Shown here one piece after another: positions 47,305 to 56,220 of a stretch of 64,000 nt of DNA. How positions within the stretch are numbered: position 1 is the stretch's first letter; each line of letters opens with the position of its first letter. The position numbers and the translations under genes are program-made. Source of the DNA: Nitrospirota bacterium (lineage in GTDB: Bacteria > Nitrospirota > Thermodesulfovibrionia > UBA6902 > DSMQ01); contig JACRGX010000061.1 of the NCBI GenBank assembly GCA_016212185.1, positions 4,333 to 68,332 of the forward strand, written 5' to 3'. The notes beneath the pieces are model-generated. The model did not search any database. It had not been told where the DNA came from and saw nothing but the letters and a program-made list of their open reading frames with translations.

Positions 47305-49863
47305 ATGTTCATGAATATCGCACACTTTCAAAAACCAAGCAGGTACGCTGGCAGTGAGGTCAATATTATCCGTAAGGGTCAGGAGGCGCGGGTGAAGGCG
47401 GCTCTATGCTTTCCGGACACTTATGAAATCGGGATGTCTCATCTGGGGCTTAAGGTTTTATATTCAATAATAAACAATATCCCATATGCCTCTGCGGAAA
47501 GGGTCTTTGCGCCGTGGATTGATTATGAAAAATATCTGAGGCAGAAGGGGGAACTGCTCTCATCGCTTGAAAGCAGGAGGCCTTTAAAGGATTTTGATAT
47601 TGTCGGTTTCAGCCTTCAATATGAACTCTCATATACAAATGTGCTAAATATGCTGGACCTTGGCGGAATTCCTGTCAGGGCGGAAGCCAGAGGCGATGAA
47701 TATCCGCTTATAATTGCAGGCGGTCCGTGTGCGGCGAACCCTATGCCTCTTGCGCCGTTCATAGATGCGTTTGTCATAGGAGACGGGGAAGAGGCTGTAA
47801 AGGAAATTATAGATGTTTATGAAAGGGTCAGGGGACAGAGACAAAGAAAGGAATTCAGAATTCAGAATTCAGAATTCAGAAGTAAGGATGAATTATTAAA
47901 GGCGCTTTCGGAATTGGAGGGTGTTTATGTTCCGGCAGTGCACAAACCGGACAGGCGGAGAATAAAGAGAAGGATTGTTGAAAATCTTGATGAGGCGCAT
48001 TTCCCTGAGGCGACTGTAGTGCCTTTTAACTCTATTGTGCATGACAGGATTGCCATAGAAGTGGCAAGGGGCTGCGCTGAAGGCTGCCGTTTTTGCCAGG
48101 CGGGAATAATTTACAGACCTGTAAGAGAGAGGAGTCCGGAAAAAATCCTATCGCTGGCCCATAAATTAATCGCAAACACAGGGTATGAAGAGGTCTCTTT
48201 TACATCGCTGAGCACAGGGGATTACAGCTGTCTTTTGCCTTTGATAAAGACATTTAACAGGGTATTTTTAAATCAGCGCATTGCTATATCACTGCCGTCA
48301 TTAAGGGTAGGCTCTGTCAGCAGGGATGTGCTTGATGAAATAAAAAGCGTCAGAAAAACAGGCTTTACAATAGCGCCTGAGGCAGGAACAAAAAGACTCA
48401 GAAATGTAATCAACAAAAATCTGGAAGATACGGATTATGATGCGGCTCTTGAGAGGCTTTTCAGCGCCGGATGGAAAAATATAAAGTTGTACTTCATGAT
48501 AGGGCTTCCCACTGAGACAGAGCATGATATAGAAGGGATAATGAACATGGTAAGGCACGCTTCAAGGAAAGGCAGGGAGTTAACAAAGCGCAGTGTAAAT
48601 ATCAATGTCGGCATTTCCGCCTTTGTGCCTAAGCCGCATACTCCGTTTCAATGGCTTGGACAGATGCCTTTTAAAGAATTAAGAAAGAGGCAGGATTATC
48701 TCAGGAATACATTGCAGAGGGGCGGATTTAATTTCAAGGGACAGCATGTTGAAGTAAGCCTTCTTGAGGCGGCGCTGTCAAGGGGAGATTCGGATATGGC
48801 ATTGCTTGTTGAGACCGCATGGAAGCTCGGCTGTACCTTTGACGGGTGGTCTGAGACATTTGATTTTCAGAAGTGGCTTAAGGCGGCTGAAATGACAGGC
48901 ATTGATATAATGAGCCGGGCTGAAAGAGAGTATGAACTTGATGATAAGCTGCCGTGGGATATTATTGATACTGATGTTACAAAAGAATTTCTGATGAATG
49001 AATTTCAAAATGCGTTTAAGGAGCATACGACTGAAAACTGCAGGCAGGTCTGTCACAACTGCGGGCTGGGATGCGGAGAAAAGATTCAGGGGTTAGGAGT
49101 CAGGAGTCAGGAGTCAGAATATAACGTACGGCAGTCAGACATTATGCCTTCCTGCCGTACGGACACACATCACGCATTACCAATCCGGATAAGAATGGTT
49201 TTTTCAAAGACCGGAGCGCTGCGTTATCTCTCACACCTTGAAGTGGTCAGGGCGCTTCTCAGGGCAATGAAAAGGGCGGGAGTGCCGCTAACTTATACGA
49301 ATGGTTTTCATCCGCTTCCAAAGGTATCATTCGGACCTGCGCTTTCTGTCGGCATTGAAGGGCTCAATGAATATTTTGACGCAGAGGTTTATGCCCCTGT
49401 GAATACGGGTGAAATTATTTCAAAGGTGAATGCTGTGCTTCCGGAAGGGCTTAGGATTGTACGCGCTTTGGCGCTTGGAGTCAGGGTAAAAATAAATGAT
49501 GATTTTATTTTTAAATACGAATATGAAATAATATCTGACAAGACGCTTTTGAACAGGGACTTGCTCCTGAACTTTATGCAGAGCTCTCAGCATCTGATAA
49601 CAAGAGAAGGAAGGACAATTGATATAAGGCAGATGGTTGAAGGGGCGGACATGGGTGATGGAATTTTAAGGCTTGCTATGAAGGATGCAGGCGGGACAAA
49701 AGTAAGGCTTTATGAAATACTTGAAGCTGTTTTCCGGTTGTCAAAAGACGAGTTGTATGGGCTTGAGATAAAAAGGACCGGTATTCATGCCGAAAGACAA
49801 AAACAATCAGATAAGCCTTCAATGACCGAAAGAGAGATGGAGAAAGCATGGCTAATGATATAG
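47305..49863 (+). CDS. radical SAM protein (TIGR03960-like) fused to a DUF2344 (TIGR03936-like) domain
   Basis: 852 aa. The B12-like N-domain precedes a radical SAM CxxxCxxC-type site (GCAEGCRFCQAG), and the C-terminal half is DUF2344-like. It lies immediately upstream of the RNase E/G-family gene, a known conserved neighbourhood. The linker carries two in-frame heptamer tracts. Confidence 0.8.
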   Translation: MFMNIAHFQKPSRYAGSEVNIIRKGQEARVKAALCFPDTYEIGMSHLGLKVLYSIINNIPYASAERVFAPWIDYEKYLRQKGELLSSLESRRPLKDFDIVGFSLQYELSYTNVLNMLDLGGIPVRAEARGDEYPLIIAGGPCAANPMPLAPFIDAFVIGDGEEAVKEIIDVYERVRGQRQRKEFRIQNSEFRSKDELLKALSELEGVYVPAVHKPDRRRIKRRIVENLDEAHFPEATVVPFNSIVHDRIAIEVARGCAEGCRFCQAGIIYRPVRERSPEKILSLAHKLIANTGYEEVSFTSLSTGDYSCLLPLIKTFNRVFLNQRIAISLPSLRVGSVSRDVLDEIKSVRKTGFTIAPEAGTKRLRNVINKNLEDTDYDAALERLFSAGWKNIKLYFMIGLPTETEHDIEGIMNMVRHASRKGRELTKRSVNINVGISAFVPKPHTPFQWLGQMPFKELRKRQDYLRNTLQRGGFNFKGQHVEVSLLEAALSRGDSDMALLVETAWKLGCTFDGWSETFDFQKWLKAAEMTGIDIMSRAEREYELDDKLPWDIIDTDVTKEFLMNEFQNAFKEHTTENCRQVCHNCGLGCGEKIQGLGVRSQESEYNVRQSDIMPSCRTDTHHALPIRIRMVFSKTGALRYLSHLEVVRALLRAMKRAGVPLTYTNGFHPLPKVSFGPALSVGIEGLNEYFDAEVYAPVNTGEIISKVNAVLPEGLRIVRALALGVRVKINDDFIFKYEYEIISDKTLLNRDLLLNFMQSSQHLITREGRTIDIRQMVEGADMGDGILRLAMKDAGGTKVRLYEILEAVFRLSKDELYGLEIKRTGIHAERQKQSDKPSMTEREMEKAWLMI
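47851..47882. repeat. (GAATTCA)x4 heptanucleotide tandem repeat, in-frame
   Basis: gaattcagaattcagaattcagaattcagaag encodes EFRIQNSEFRS. Confidence 0.85.
49095..49117. repeat. (AGGAGTC)x3 heptanucleotide tandem repeat, in-frame
   Basis: aggagtcaggagtcaggagtcag encodes GVRSQESE. Confidence 0.8.
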
Positions 49864-51329
49864 TGTTGAACGTAAACAGGGAAGAAACGAGGCTGGCGCT
49901 GCTTGAGTCAGGCCAGCTTGCCGAGCTGTACTTTGAAAAGAAAAAGGATATTAGTCCGGTAGGCAATATTTATAAAGGCAAGGTTGTGAAAATCCTGCCG
50001 GGCATGCAGTCTGCATTTGTTGACCTGGGAGTCGGAAAGGCCGCATTCCTGCATGTTGCCGATGTGTATTCAAATTTTGACTATTCCCTGTTTGGCGAGG
50101 ATATAACAGATGTATTTCCGCCCCATCTGGTAAAGATTGAAGAGCTTTTGCAGGAAGGGCAGGACATTGTTGTGCAGGTTTCAAAAGATTCCATCGGCAC
50201 AAAGGGCGCAAGGGTGACGTCGTATATAACCCTTCCGGGAAGGTATCTTGTGCTTATGCCCGGGGTTGAGCATATCGGAATTTCAAGAAGGATTCTTGAT
50301 GAGAATGAGCGGACGAGGCTCAAGGAAATCGTCAACAGCATTAAGCGTCCGGGTTTCGGCCTTATTGTGAGGACGGCAAGCGAAGGATGCACTGAAGAAG
50401 AGCTTAAAAAAGATATAGAATTTCTGATGTTATTATGGGAGAATATTCAGCAGAAGAAGGACAAAGTCGGCGCACCGCATATCCTTTACAATGATTTTGA
50501 CATTGTGCTCAGAGGTGTGAGGGACCTGCTCGGGCATTCTGTGAACAGGGTAATTATTGACTCAAAGGCTGAGTATAAAAGAGTCGTTGATTTTGTTAAT
50601 ACCTATTTCCCGAAGCTTATATCAAGGATAGAGATTTATGACAGCCCCGAACCTATTTTTGATTTCTTCGGCATTGAGCTTGAAATACCCAAGGCGCTCG
50701 GCAGGAAGGTGTGGCTCAAATCAGGCGGATATATCCTTATTGACCAGACAGAGGCGCTGATTGCAATAGATGTAAATACAGGGAAATACGTCGGCAAGGT
50801 GACGCTTGAAGATACAATACTTAAGACCAACCTTGAGGCTGTAAAAGAGATTGCGTATCAGATACGGCTCAGAAATCTGGGCGGCATAATAATCATAGAC
50901 TTTATTGACATGGAAAAAGAGGAAAACAGAAAGAAGCTGTTTACCGCATTTCAGGAGGCCATGACTAAAGACCGCGCAAAAAGCACAATACTTCAGGTTT
51001 CTGAGTTAGGGCTTATTGAAATGACAAGGAAAAGGGTGAGGGAGAGCCTTGGAAGGTCTCTCTGCGAGCCTTGTTCTTATTGCGAGGGAAAGGGTTTTGT
51101 AAAATCCCCGGTAACCGTTTGTTATGAGATATTCAGGGAATTAAGGAAAATAGGTTCAGATGAGAAGAACGGCAAGATAATTGTAACCGTGCATCCTCAG
51201 GTAGCAGACCTTTTCTATGAAGAGGAAAGGGAAGGCGTTGACGAGATTGAAAAGACCTATTCACTGAAGCTGATAATCAAGGCTGATAAGAATTTCCATC
51301 AGGAATATTACGAGATAACAACGGCGTAA
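49848..51329 (+). CDS. rng: Rne/Rng-family ribonuclease (RNase G-like)
   Basis: 493 aa. An S1 domain precedes the catalytic core IAIDVNTGKYVG...NLGGIIIIDFIDM and a Zn-link CEPCSYCEGKG. Confidence 0.9.
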   Translation: MANDIVLNVNREETRLALLESGQLAELYFEKKKDISPVGNIYKGKVVKILPGMQSAFVDLGVGKAAFLHVADVYSNFDYSLFGEDITDVFPPHLVKIEELLQEGQDIVVQVSKDSIGTKGARVTSYITLPGRYLVLMPGVEHIGISRRILDENERTRLKEIVNSIKRPGFGLIVRTASEGCTEEELKKDIEFLMLLWENIQQKKDKVGAPHILYNDFDIVLRGVRDLLGHSVNRVIIDSKAEYKRVVDFVNTYFPKLISRIEIYDSPEPIFDFFGIELEIPKALGRKVWLKSGGYILIDQTEALIAIDVNTGKYVGKVTLEDTILKTNLEAVKEIAYQIRLRNLGGIIIIDFIDMEKEENRKKLFTAFQEAMTKDRAKSTILQVSELGLIEMTRKRVRESLGRSLCEPCSYCEGKGFVKSPVTVCYEIFRELRKIGSDEKNGKIIVTVHPQVADLFYEEEREGVDEIEKTYSLKLIIKADKNFHQEYYEITTA

Positions 51330-51425
51330 TTAAAATTGTTCAAGATTGTTCAAAGTTGTTTAAATGGTTCAAGATTGAACTTTTGAACTTTTTGAACCAT
51401 ATTGAACAATTTTGAACTATTTCTT
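51330..51425. repeat. TTGTTCAA-family degenerate tandem block
   Basis: It contains the 37-mer ttgttcaagattgttcaaagttgtttaaatggttcaa, which is identical to one at 55456..55492. Confidence 0.75.
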
Positions 51426-51432
51426 TCTGGCT

Positions 51433-52224
51433 ATGAACGGCAAAATAGAAAAATTAATAGACATAATCAAACCGATGGACGGCGCTGTAATCGCTTTTTC
51501 AGGAGGCGCTGACAGCACGCTCGTCTTAAAGGCTGCTTCTATGGCAGGGCTTCAGCGCATTCTTGCCGTAACCGCAGTTTCAGAAAGCCTTCCGGGCGAT
51601 GAACTTTTATTTGCAAAGCAAGTTGCGGTTTCTCTCAGCGTACCGCACAGGATAATTGAGACAAAAGAGCTTCAGGACGAAAATTTTGCAAGCAATCCTC
51701 CTGAGAGGTGCTACTACTGTAAAAAAGAGCTGTTCTGCAAGCTGCAGAAGATTGCAATTGAAGAAGGGTTTCCCAATATTCTTGACGGCACTAATGCAGA
51801 TGACAGGTATGACCACAGGCCCGGCAGGCGCGCCGCGGCTGAGACCGGCGTCAGAAGCCCGCTGCTTGAGGCAGGGCTTACCAAAAAAGAAATAAGGGAC
51901 ATCTCTTTTGAACTCGGGCTTGCGACCTGGGATAAGCCTGCGGCCCCGTGCCTTGCATCGCGCTTTCCCTACGGTCATAAAATTACTGCTGAAAATCTGC
52001 AAATGGTTGCGAAAGCTGAAGAGTTTCTAAGGAAATTCGGTTTGAAAGAATTCAGGGTGAGACACCACGGCGATATAGTGAGGATTGAGGTTATTCCTGA
52101 AGATATGGCAGTCTTTGAAAATAATGAGACACGCATGCAGACTGTTGATTTTTTCAAGACGATTGGTTTTAAGTATGTTGCACTGGACCTTCAGGGCTTC
52201 AGAAGCGGAAGCCTGAATGAATGA
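51433..52224 (+). CDS. LarE-like PP-loop ATP pyrophosphatase (TIGR00268 family)
   Basis: PP-loop AFSGGADSTLV and a Cys cluster CYYCKKELFC. The track ORF starts at TTG 51412; the ATG at 51433 is preferred. Confidence 0.75.
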   Translation: MNGKIEKLIDIIKPMDGAVIAFSGGADSTLVLKAASMAGLQRILAVTAVSESLPGDELLFAKQVAVSLSVPHRIIETKELQDENFASNPPERCYYCKKELFCKLQKIAIEEGFPNILDGTNADDRYDHRPGRRAAAETGVRSPLLEAGLTKKEIRDISFELGLATWDKPAAPCLASRFPYGHKITAENLQMVAKAEEFLRKFGLKEFRVRHHGDIVRIEVIPEDMAVFENNETRMQTVDFFKTIGFKYVALDLQGFRSGSLNE

Positions 52225-53398
52225 ACTCCAGTACAGCAAAGAACTTTTTAAATGCGTAAGGTGCGGCGCATGTAAAGCGCTGTGTCCCACATACCTGACG
52301 TTCCTTGATGAAGCAATGGGCGCCCGCGGCAGGGTGGCAATGTTAGGGGCGGTTAATGCTGACAGGCTTGAACCCACCGGAGGACTTTCCGAAAAAATTT
52401 TCAGCTGTATTCTCTGCGGCGCATGCAAGGACCAATGTCCGACCGGCATTGATATTTTAGAGACAATATATCACGGAAGGATTAAGCTTAAAGATTTTTA
52501 CGGCAGGGGGCGTCTGCTCAGGAAGGCTGTGAAATTTTCCCTTCCCATGATGAATTCTGTTTTCTTTGTTTTACGCAGTCTGCAGAAAATTTTATATCAT
52601 CCGCTTTACAGAACGGGCAGACTGCCGTATATTCCTGAAATAGCCCGCGTCCCTTTTAAAAACAGCGCACAGGTTTATAAAAATACAAAAAGGATAGGCC
52701 GGGTGGCAATCTTTGCAGGATGCAGCGTTAATTATTTTCACCCGCACCTTGGCGACAGCCTTCTGAACATCCTTCTTGCAAAGGGGTATGAGGTGATTGT
52801 GCTTAAAGGCGAGGTCTGCTGCGGCTCTCCCATGAGGGCCATGGGACTTGAAGAGAATGCAATAGCGCTTGCGAAAAAAAATACAGGGCTTTTCAATAAA
52901 ATCAGGGCTGAGGCAATACTTTCCATGTGCCCGACTTGCACTATGGTGATAAGAAAGGAATATCCCCTGCTGATAGGCGGCAGCATTGAAAAAATTATGG
53001 ATGTCAATGAATTCTTTATTAAGAACGGTATGCTTAAGGGGCTTAAGATTAGTCCCAGAGCCATTACATACCATGACCCGTGCCATCTTAATTACGGGCT
53101 GGGCATAAGGAACGAGCCGCGTGAAATTCTGAAAAATATTGAAGGCGCTGAATTCGTTGAAATGCAGGATGCAGGGGACTGCTGCGGTTTCGGCGGTTTT
53201 TTCAGCGTCAGCTTCAGGAGCCTCTCAGAAAAAATAGGGAGCAAAAAGATTGAAAGCATTTCCAATACGCGCGCAAAAACGCTTGTGACCTCCTGCCCCG
53301 GATGCATGATGCAGCTTGAGAATATTAAAAGAATGGGTAATCTTAATATTGACATAGTGCATATGGTTGAGATGGTTGACGAGGCGATGCAGGGGTGA
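52217..53398 (+). CDS. (Fe-S)-binding protein with two ferredoxin-type clusters and two CCG domains (GlcF/HdrD-like)
   Basis: CVRCGACKALCP and CILCGACKDQCP are followed by the CCG motifs CCGSPM and CCGFGG. It overlaps the LarE-like gene by 8 nt. Confidence 0.7.
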   Translation: MNELQYSKELFKCVRCGACKALCPTYLTFLDEAMGARGRVAMLGAVNADRLEPTGGLSEKIFSCILCGACKDQCPTGIDILETIYHGRIKLKDFYGRGRLLRKAVKFSLPMMNSVFFVLRSLQKILYHPLYRTGRLPYIPEIARVPFKNSAQVYKNTKRIGRVAIFAGCSVNYFHPHLGDSLLNILLAKGYEVIVLKGEVCCGSPMRAMGLEENAIALAKKNTGLFNKIRAEAILSMCPTCTMVIRKEYPLLIGGSIEKIMDVNEFFIKNGMLKGLKISPRAITYHDPCHLNYGLGIRNEPREILKNIEGAEFVEMQDAGDCCGFGGFFSVSFRSLSEKIGSKKIESISNTRAKTLVTSCPGCMMQLENIKRMGNLNIDIVHMVEMVDEAMQG

Positions 53399-53405
53399 GG
53401 TTTTG

Positions 53406-54023
53406 TTATTTTTTATACAGATGCTTGTAAACGAAGTATATTACCCCTGCAATAAGCACTACAACCATTGCGTGGCTGAACGGCTTTGTGTATTTGTGCA
53501 CCAAGGTCCAGTTTTGTCCTAAAAGGTAGCCGAGATACGCAAGGAATGTGTTCCAGAGGAAGCCGCCTAAAAAGGTAAATATGGTAAAACGCTTGAGGTT
53601 CATTTCAGCAATTCCTGCAGGGATTGAAATCAGGTGTCTTACAACAGGAACAAACCTGCTTATAAAGATTGTTTTTTCACCGTGCTTTGTAAACCAGTGA
53701 TGAGTCCAGTCAAGGTCTTTTTTGTTGATAAGCAGATATTTGCCGTATTTTTCCAAAAAAGGCTCGCCGCCGTATTTGCCTATGAAATAAGACGCCTGCG
53801 AGCCGAATATGGTGCCCAGAGCGGATATAAATGAAACAAAAAAGAAATTGAATTCCCCTGTATATGCAAGATAGCCTGCAAAAGGCATTACCAGTTCACT
53901 TGGCAAGGGGACCATGGTGGACTCGGCTGCCATTAAAATAAATACACCGGGGTATCCCCATGTTGAGATTAAGCCGGTTGTGTATTTTGCCGCCTCTTCA
54001 ATAAACTTTTCCGCAAGTTGCAT
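53406..54023 (-). CDS. DedA/SNARE-associated family membrane protein
   Basis: 205 aa. DedA signature YPGVFILMAAESTMVPLPSELVMPFAGYL. Confidence 0.8.
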   Translation of the reverse strand: MQLAEKFIEEAAKYTTGLISTWGYPGVFILMAAESTMVPLPSELVMPFAGYLAYTGEFNFFFVSFISALGTIFGSQASYFIGKYGGEPFLEKYGKYLLINKKDLDWTHHWFTKHGEKTIFISRFVPVVRHLISIPAGIAEMNLKRFTIFTFLGGFLWNTFLAYLGYLLGQNWTLVHKYTKPFSHAMVVVLIAGVIYFVYKHLYKK

Positions 54024-54050
54024 GTTATCTCCCGATAAGACTCAATGTGC

Positions 54051-54087
54051 AAAAAAATGGCGCCCTGACAATGCAGGACGCCTTTTT
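54051..54087 (-). terminator. hairpin GGCGCCC-N10-GGACGCC flanked by an A7 run on plus and T runs on both strands; likely terminator of the trpS transcript
   Basis: Minus-strand reading gives a stem then ATTTTTTTG. It lies ~290 nt downstream of the trpS stop and 26 nt upstream of the dedA start codon. Confidence 0.4.
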
Positions 54088-54358
54088 CTGTCAGGCTGAT
54101 GCCTGACTAAAACCCAGGGGTTCGGATCAGCCGCCATGCTGCTAAGAAATCCACCTGAGAAATCCTGATAAACGAAATTAAAACACTAATGCCTTTATGA
54201 CGATCTTCTTGTTTGTTACTTAATCTGCAAGGTGCTGCTTCAGGAAGCTGGTTTAATTATAACAATCTGATTTGGTCTTGTCTACAAAAATTTTTAATGT
54301 GAAAATTTATTTTATAAAAATATTTAAATTCAAGAAGTTATGCTATTTATTAAATAAA

Positions 54359-55354
54359 CTACTTTAAGTTGTAGAGCTTAATTGCCTTGTAAACTTCATT
54401 TATTGTTTCTTGGGCTGTTTTCCTTGCTTTTTCAGTTCCGGACTGGACAATATCTTTTATAACATCTGGTTTTTCCATGAGTCTCTTGCGGTTAGCCCAT
54501 ATAGGCTCCAATACTTTTAAAAGATTTTTAATCAAGATTGTCTTGCAGTCAAGACAGCCAATCCCTGCGGTGCGGCAGCCTTCTGCAACTTCATCCTGTT
54601 CTTTTTTTGTTGAATAAATTTTATGAAGCTGAAACACGGGTGAAAGTTCAGGGTCGCCTTTGTCAGTGCGTCTTACCCTCTGCGGATCAGTCGGCATTGT
54701 CTTTATCTTTTGTGCAACTTCTTCGGGGGTATCAGACAGATAAATGCAGTTGCCGTAAGTCTTGCTCATCTTTCTGCCGTCAAGGCCCGGCACTTTTGGA
54801 AACTCCGTCAAAAGCCCTTCGGGTTCAGGGAAGGTTTCGCCGTAGAGGAAATTAAACCTTCTGCAAATTTCTCTCGTTATCTCAAGATGGGACATCTGGT
54901 CTATGCCGACCGGCACATAGTTGGCTTTGTAGATTAATATATCTGCGGACTGAAGCACGGGATAACCGAGAAATCCGTAAGTGGCTAAATCCCTGTCTTT
55001 CACTTCTTCCTGTTTTTCCTTATACGTAGGTACGCGTTCAAGCCACCCCAATGGCGTTATCATTGACAGAAGGACATGCAGTTCGGCATGCTGGGGAACA
55101 GAAGACTGGATAAATATAGTTGACTTTTCAGGGTCCAGACCGGCGGCAAGCAGGTTGACAAGCAGGTCCTGTATGTTGTCCCTTATCTGTGATGTCTCGG
55201 CATACTGTGATGTAAGCGCATGCCAGTCAGCTACAAAATAATAACAATCATATTTATCCTGCAGTTTAACCCAATTTTGCAGGGCGCCGGCAAGATTTCC
55301 AATATGCAGCCTGCCGCTGGGCTGCATCCCGCTTAACACTCTTTGTTTGGACAA
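54359..55354 (-). CDS. trpS: tryptophan--tRNA ligase
   Basis: 331 aa. HIGH-type motif SGRLHIGN and KMSKS-type motif KMSKT. Confidence 0.95.
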   Translation of the reverse strand: MSKQRVLSGMQPSGRLHIGNLAGALQNWVKLQDKYDCYYFVADWHALTSQYAETSQIRDNIQDLLVNLLAAGLDPEKSTIFIQSSVPQHAELHVLLSMITPLGWLERVPTYKEKQEEVKDRDLATYGFLGYPVLQSADILIYKANYVPVGIDQMSHLEITREICRRFNFLYGETFPEPEGLLTEFPKVPGLDGRKMSKTYGNCIYLSDTPEEVAQKIKTMPTDPQRVRRTDKGDPELSPVFQLHKIYSTKKEQDEVAEGCRTAGIGCLDCKTILIKNLLKVLEPIWANRKRLMEKPDVIKDIVQSGTEKARKTAQETINEVYKAIKLYNLK

Positions 55355-55377
55355 ATTTTATTCTCCTTTAAAGAACG

Positions 55378-55532
55378 GATAGTTTAACATTGTTCAACAT
55401 TGTTTAAATTGTTCAATAACAAAAGGAACGGATAGTTTAACATTGTTCAATCTAACTTCTTGTTCAAGATTGTTCAAAGTTGTTTAAATGGTTCAATCTT
55501 GAACGGCTTAAACGATTTAAACTAGTTGAACA
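55378..55532. repeat. TTGTTCAA-family degenerate tandem block (largest copy)
   Basis: ggatagtttaacattgttcaa occurs twice, plus the shared 37-mer. It lies upstream of trpS. Confidence 0.75.
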
Positions 55533-55548
55533 TATTTTAATTGTAATC

Positions 55549-56220
55549 CTAAAATAATTTTAACAACGTAAGGAAAATATTTACAAGCGGCATTACAAAA
55601 TAATCCGCAAGGCCTGTGGCAATAAGGGCAATGACAATTATAAATCCAAACGGCTCAATCCTGCCGTATGAAACGGCATGCTTATGGGGCAGTAAGCCGA
55701 TAAACACCCTGCCTCCGTCAAGAGGCGGTATCGGCATTAAGTTAAATGATGCAAGAACTACGTTAATTATGATGCTGGATGTAAACATTAATGTTAAAGG
55801 TGTGAGCACGGAAGAACTGAGGCCCGGAGAAACCACCAGATTTGCAGGGATGATAAGGCCCTTGAGGATAAGCAGGCTTAAAATTGCAAGGATGACATTT
55901 GTTGCAGGACCTGCGGCCGCCGTAACAGCCATGCCCTTTCTGTAATCTTTAAAATTCATGGGATTAATCGGGACCGGTTTTGCATATCCGAAAACAAACT
56001 GGCCGTTAGTGACAATAAGCAGCATGAAAGGCAGGATTATTGTGCCTACGGGATCAATATGCGCGAGCGGATTAAGCGTGAGTCTGCCCATTAATCTGGC
56101 GGTCGGGTCGCCGAGTTTGTTGGCGACGAAGCCGTGAGACACCTCGTGAAATGTTATCGCTATAAGTATCGGAAGCGCTGATACTGCAAGCTGTCTGAGA
56201 ATGTTTGAGAGATCTAACAT
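55549..56220 (-). CDS. site-2 protease family (peptidase M50) membrane metalloprotease
   Basis: 223 aa. HEVSH zinc motif in the first TM helix and LNPLAHIDP. Confidence 0.7.
   Translation of the reverse strand: MLDLSNILRQLAVSALPILIAITFHEVSHGFVANKLGDPTARLMGRLTLNPLAHIDPVGTIILPFMLLIVTNGQFVFGYAKPVPINPMNFKDYRKGMAVTAAAGPATNVILAILSLLILKGLIIPANLVVSPGLSSSVLTPLTLMFTSSIIINVVLASFNLMPIPPLDGGRVFIGLLPHKHAVSYGRIEPFGFIIVIALIATGLADYFVMPLVNIFLTLLKLF

Noticed and set aside
47305-49863. Initial impression that this large ORF was RNase E because of its size and position
   Set aside because: The sequence has a B12-like/radical SAM core (GCAEGCRFCQAG) and a DUF2344-like C-terminal half. The true Rne/Rng-family gene is the next ORF, 49848..51329.
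55378-55532. Possible CRISPR array because of closely spaced short repeats (TTGTTCAA blocks, heptamer tracts)
   Set aside because: The repeats are 7-9 bp and contiguous with no unique spacers of 25-40 bp. No cas genes are present. These are simple tandem or dispersed repeats, not CRISPR.
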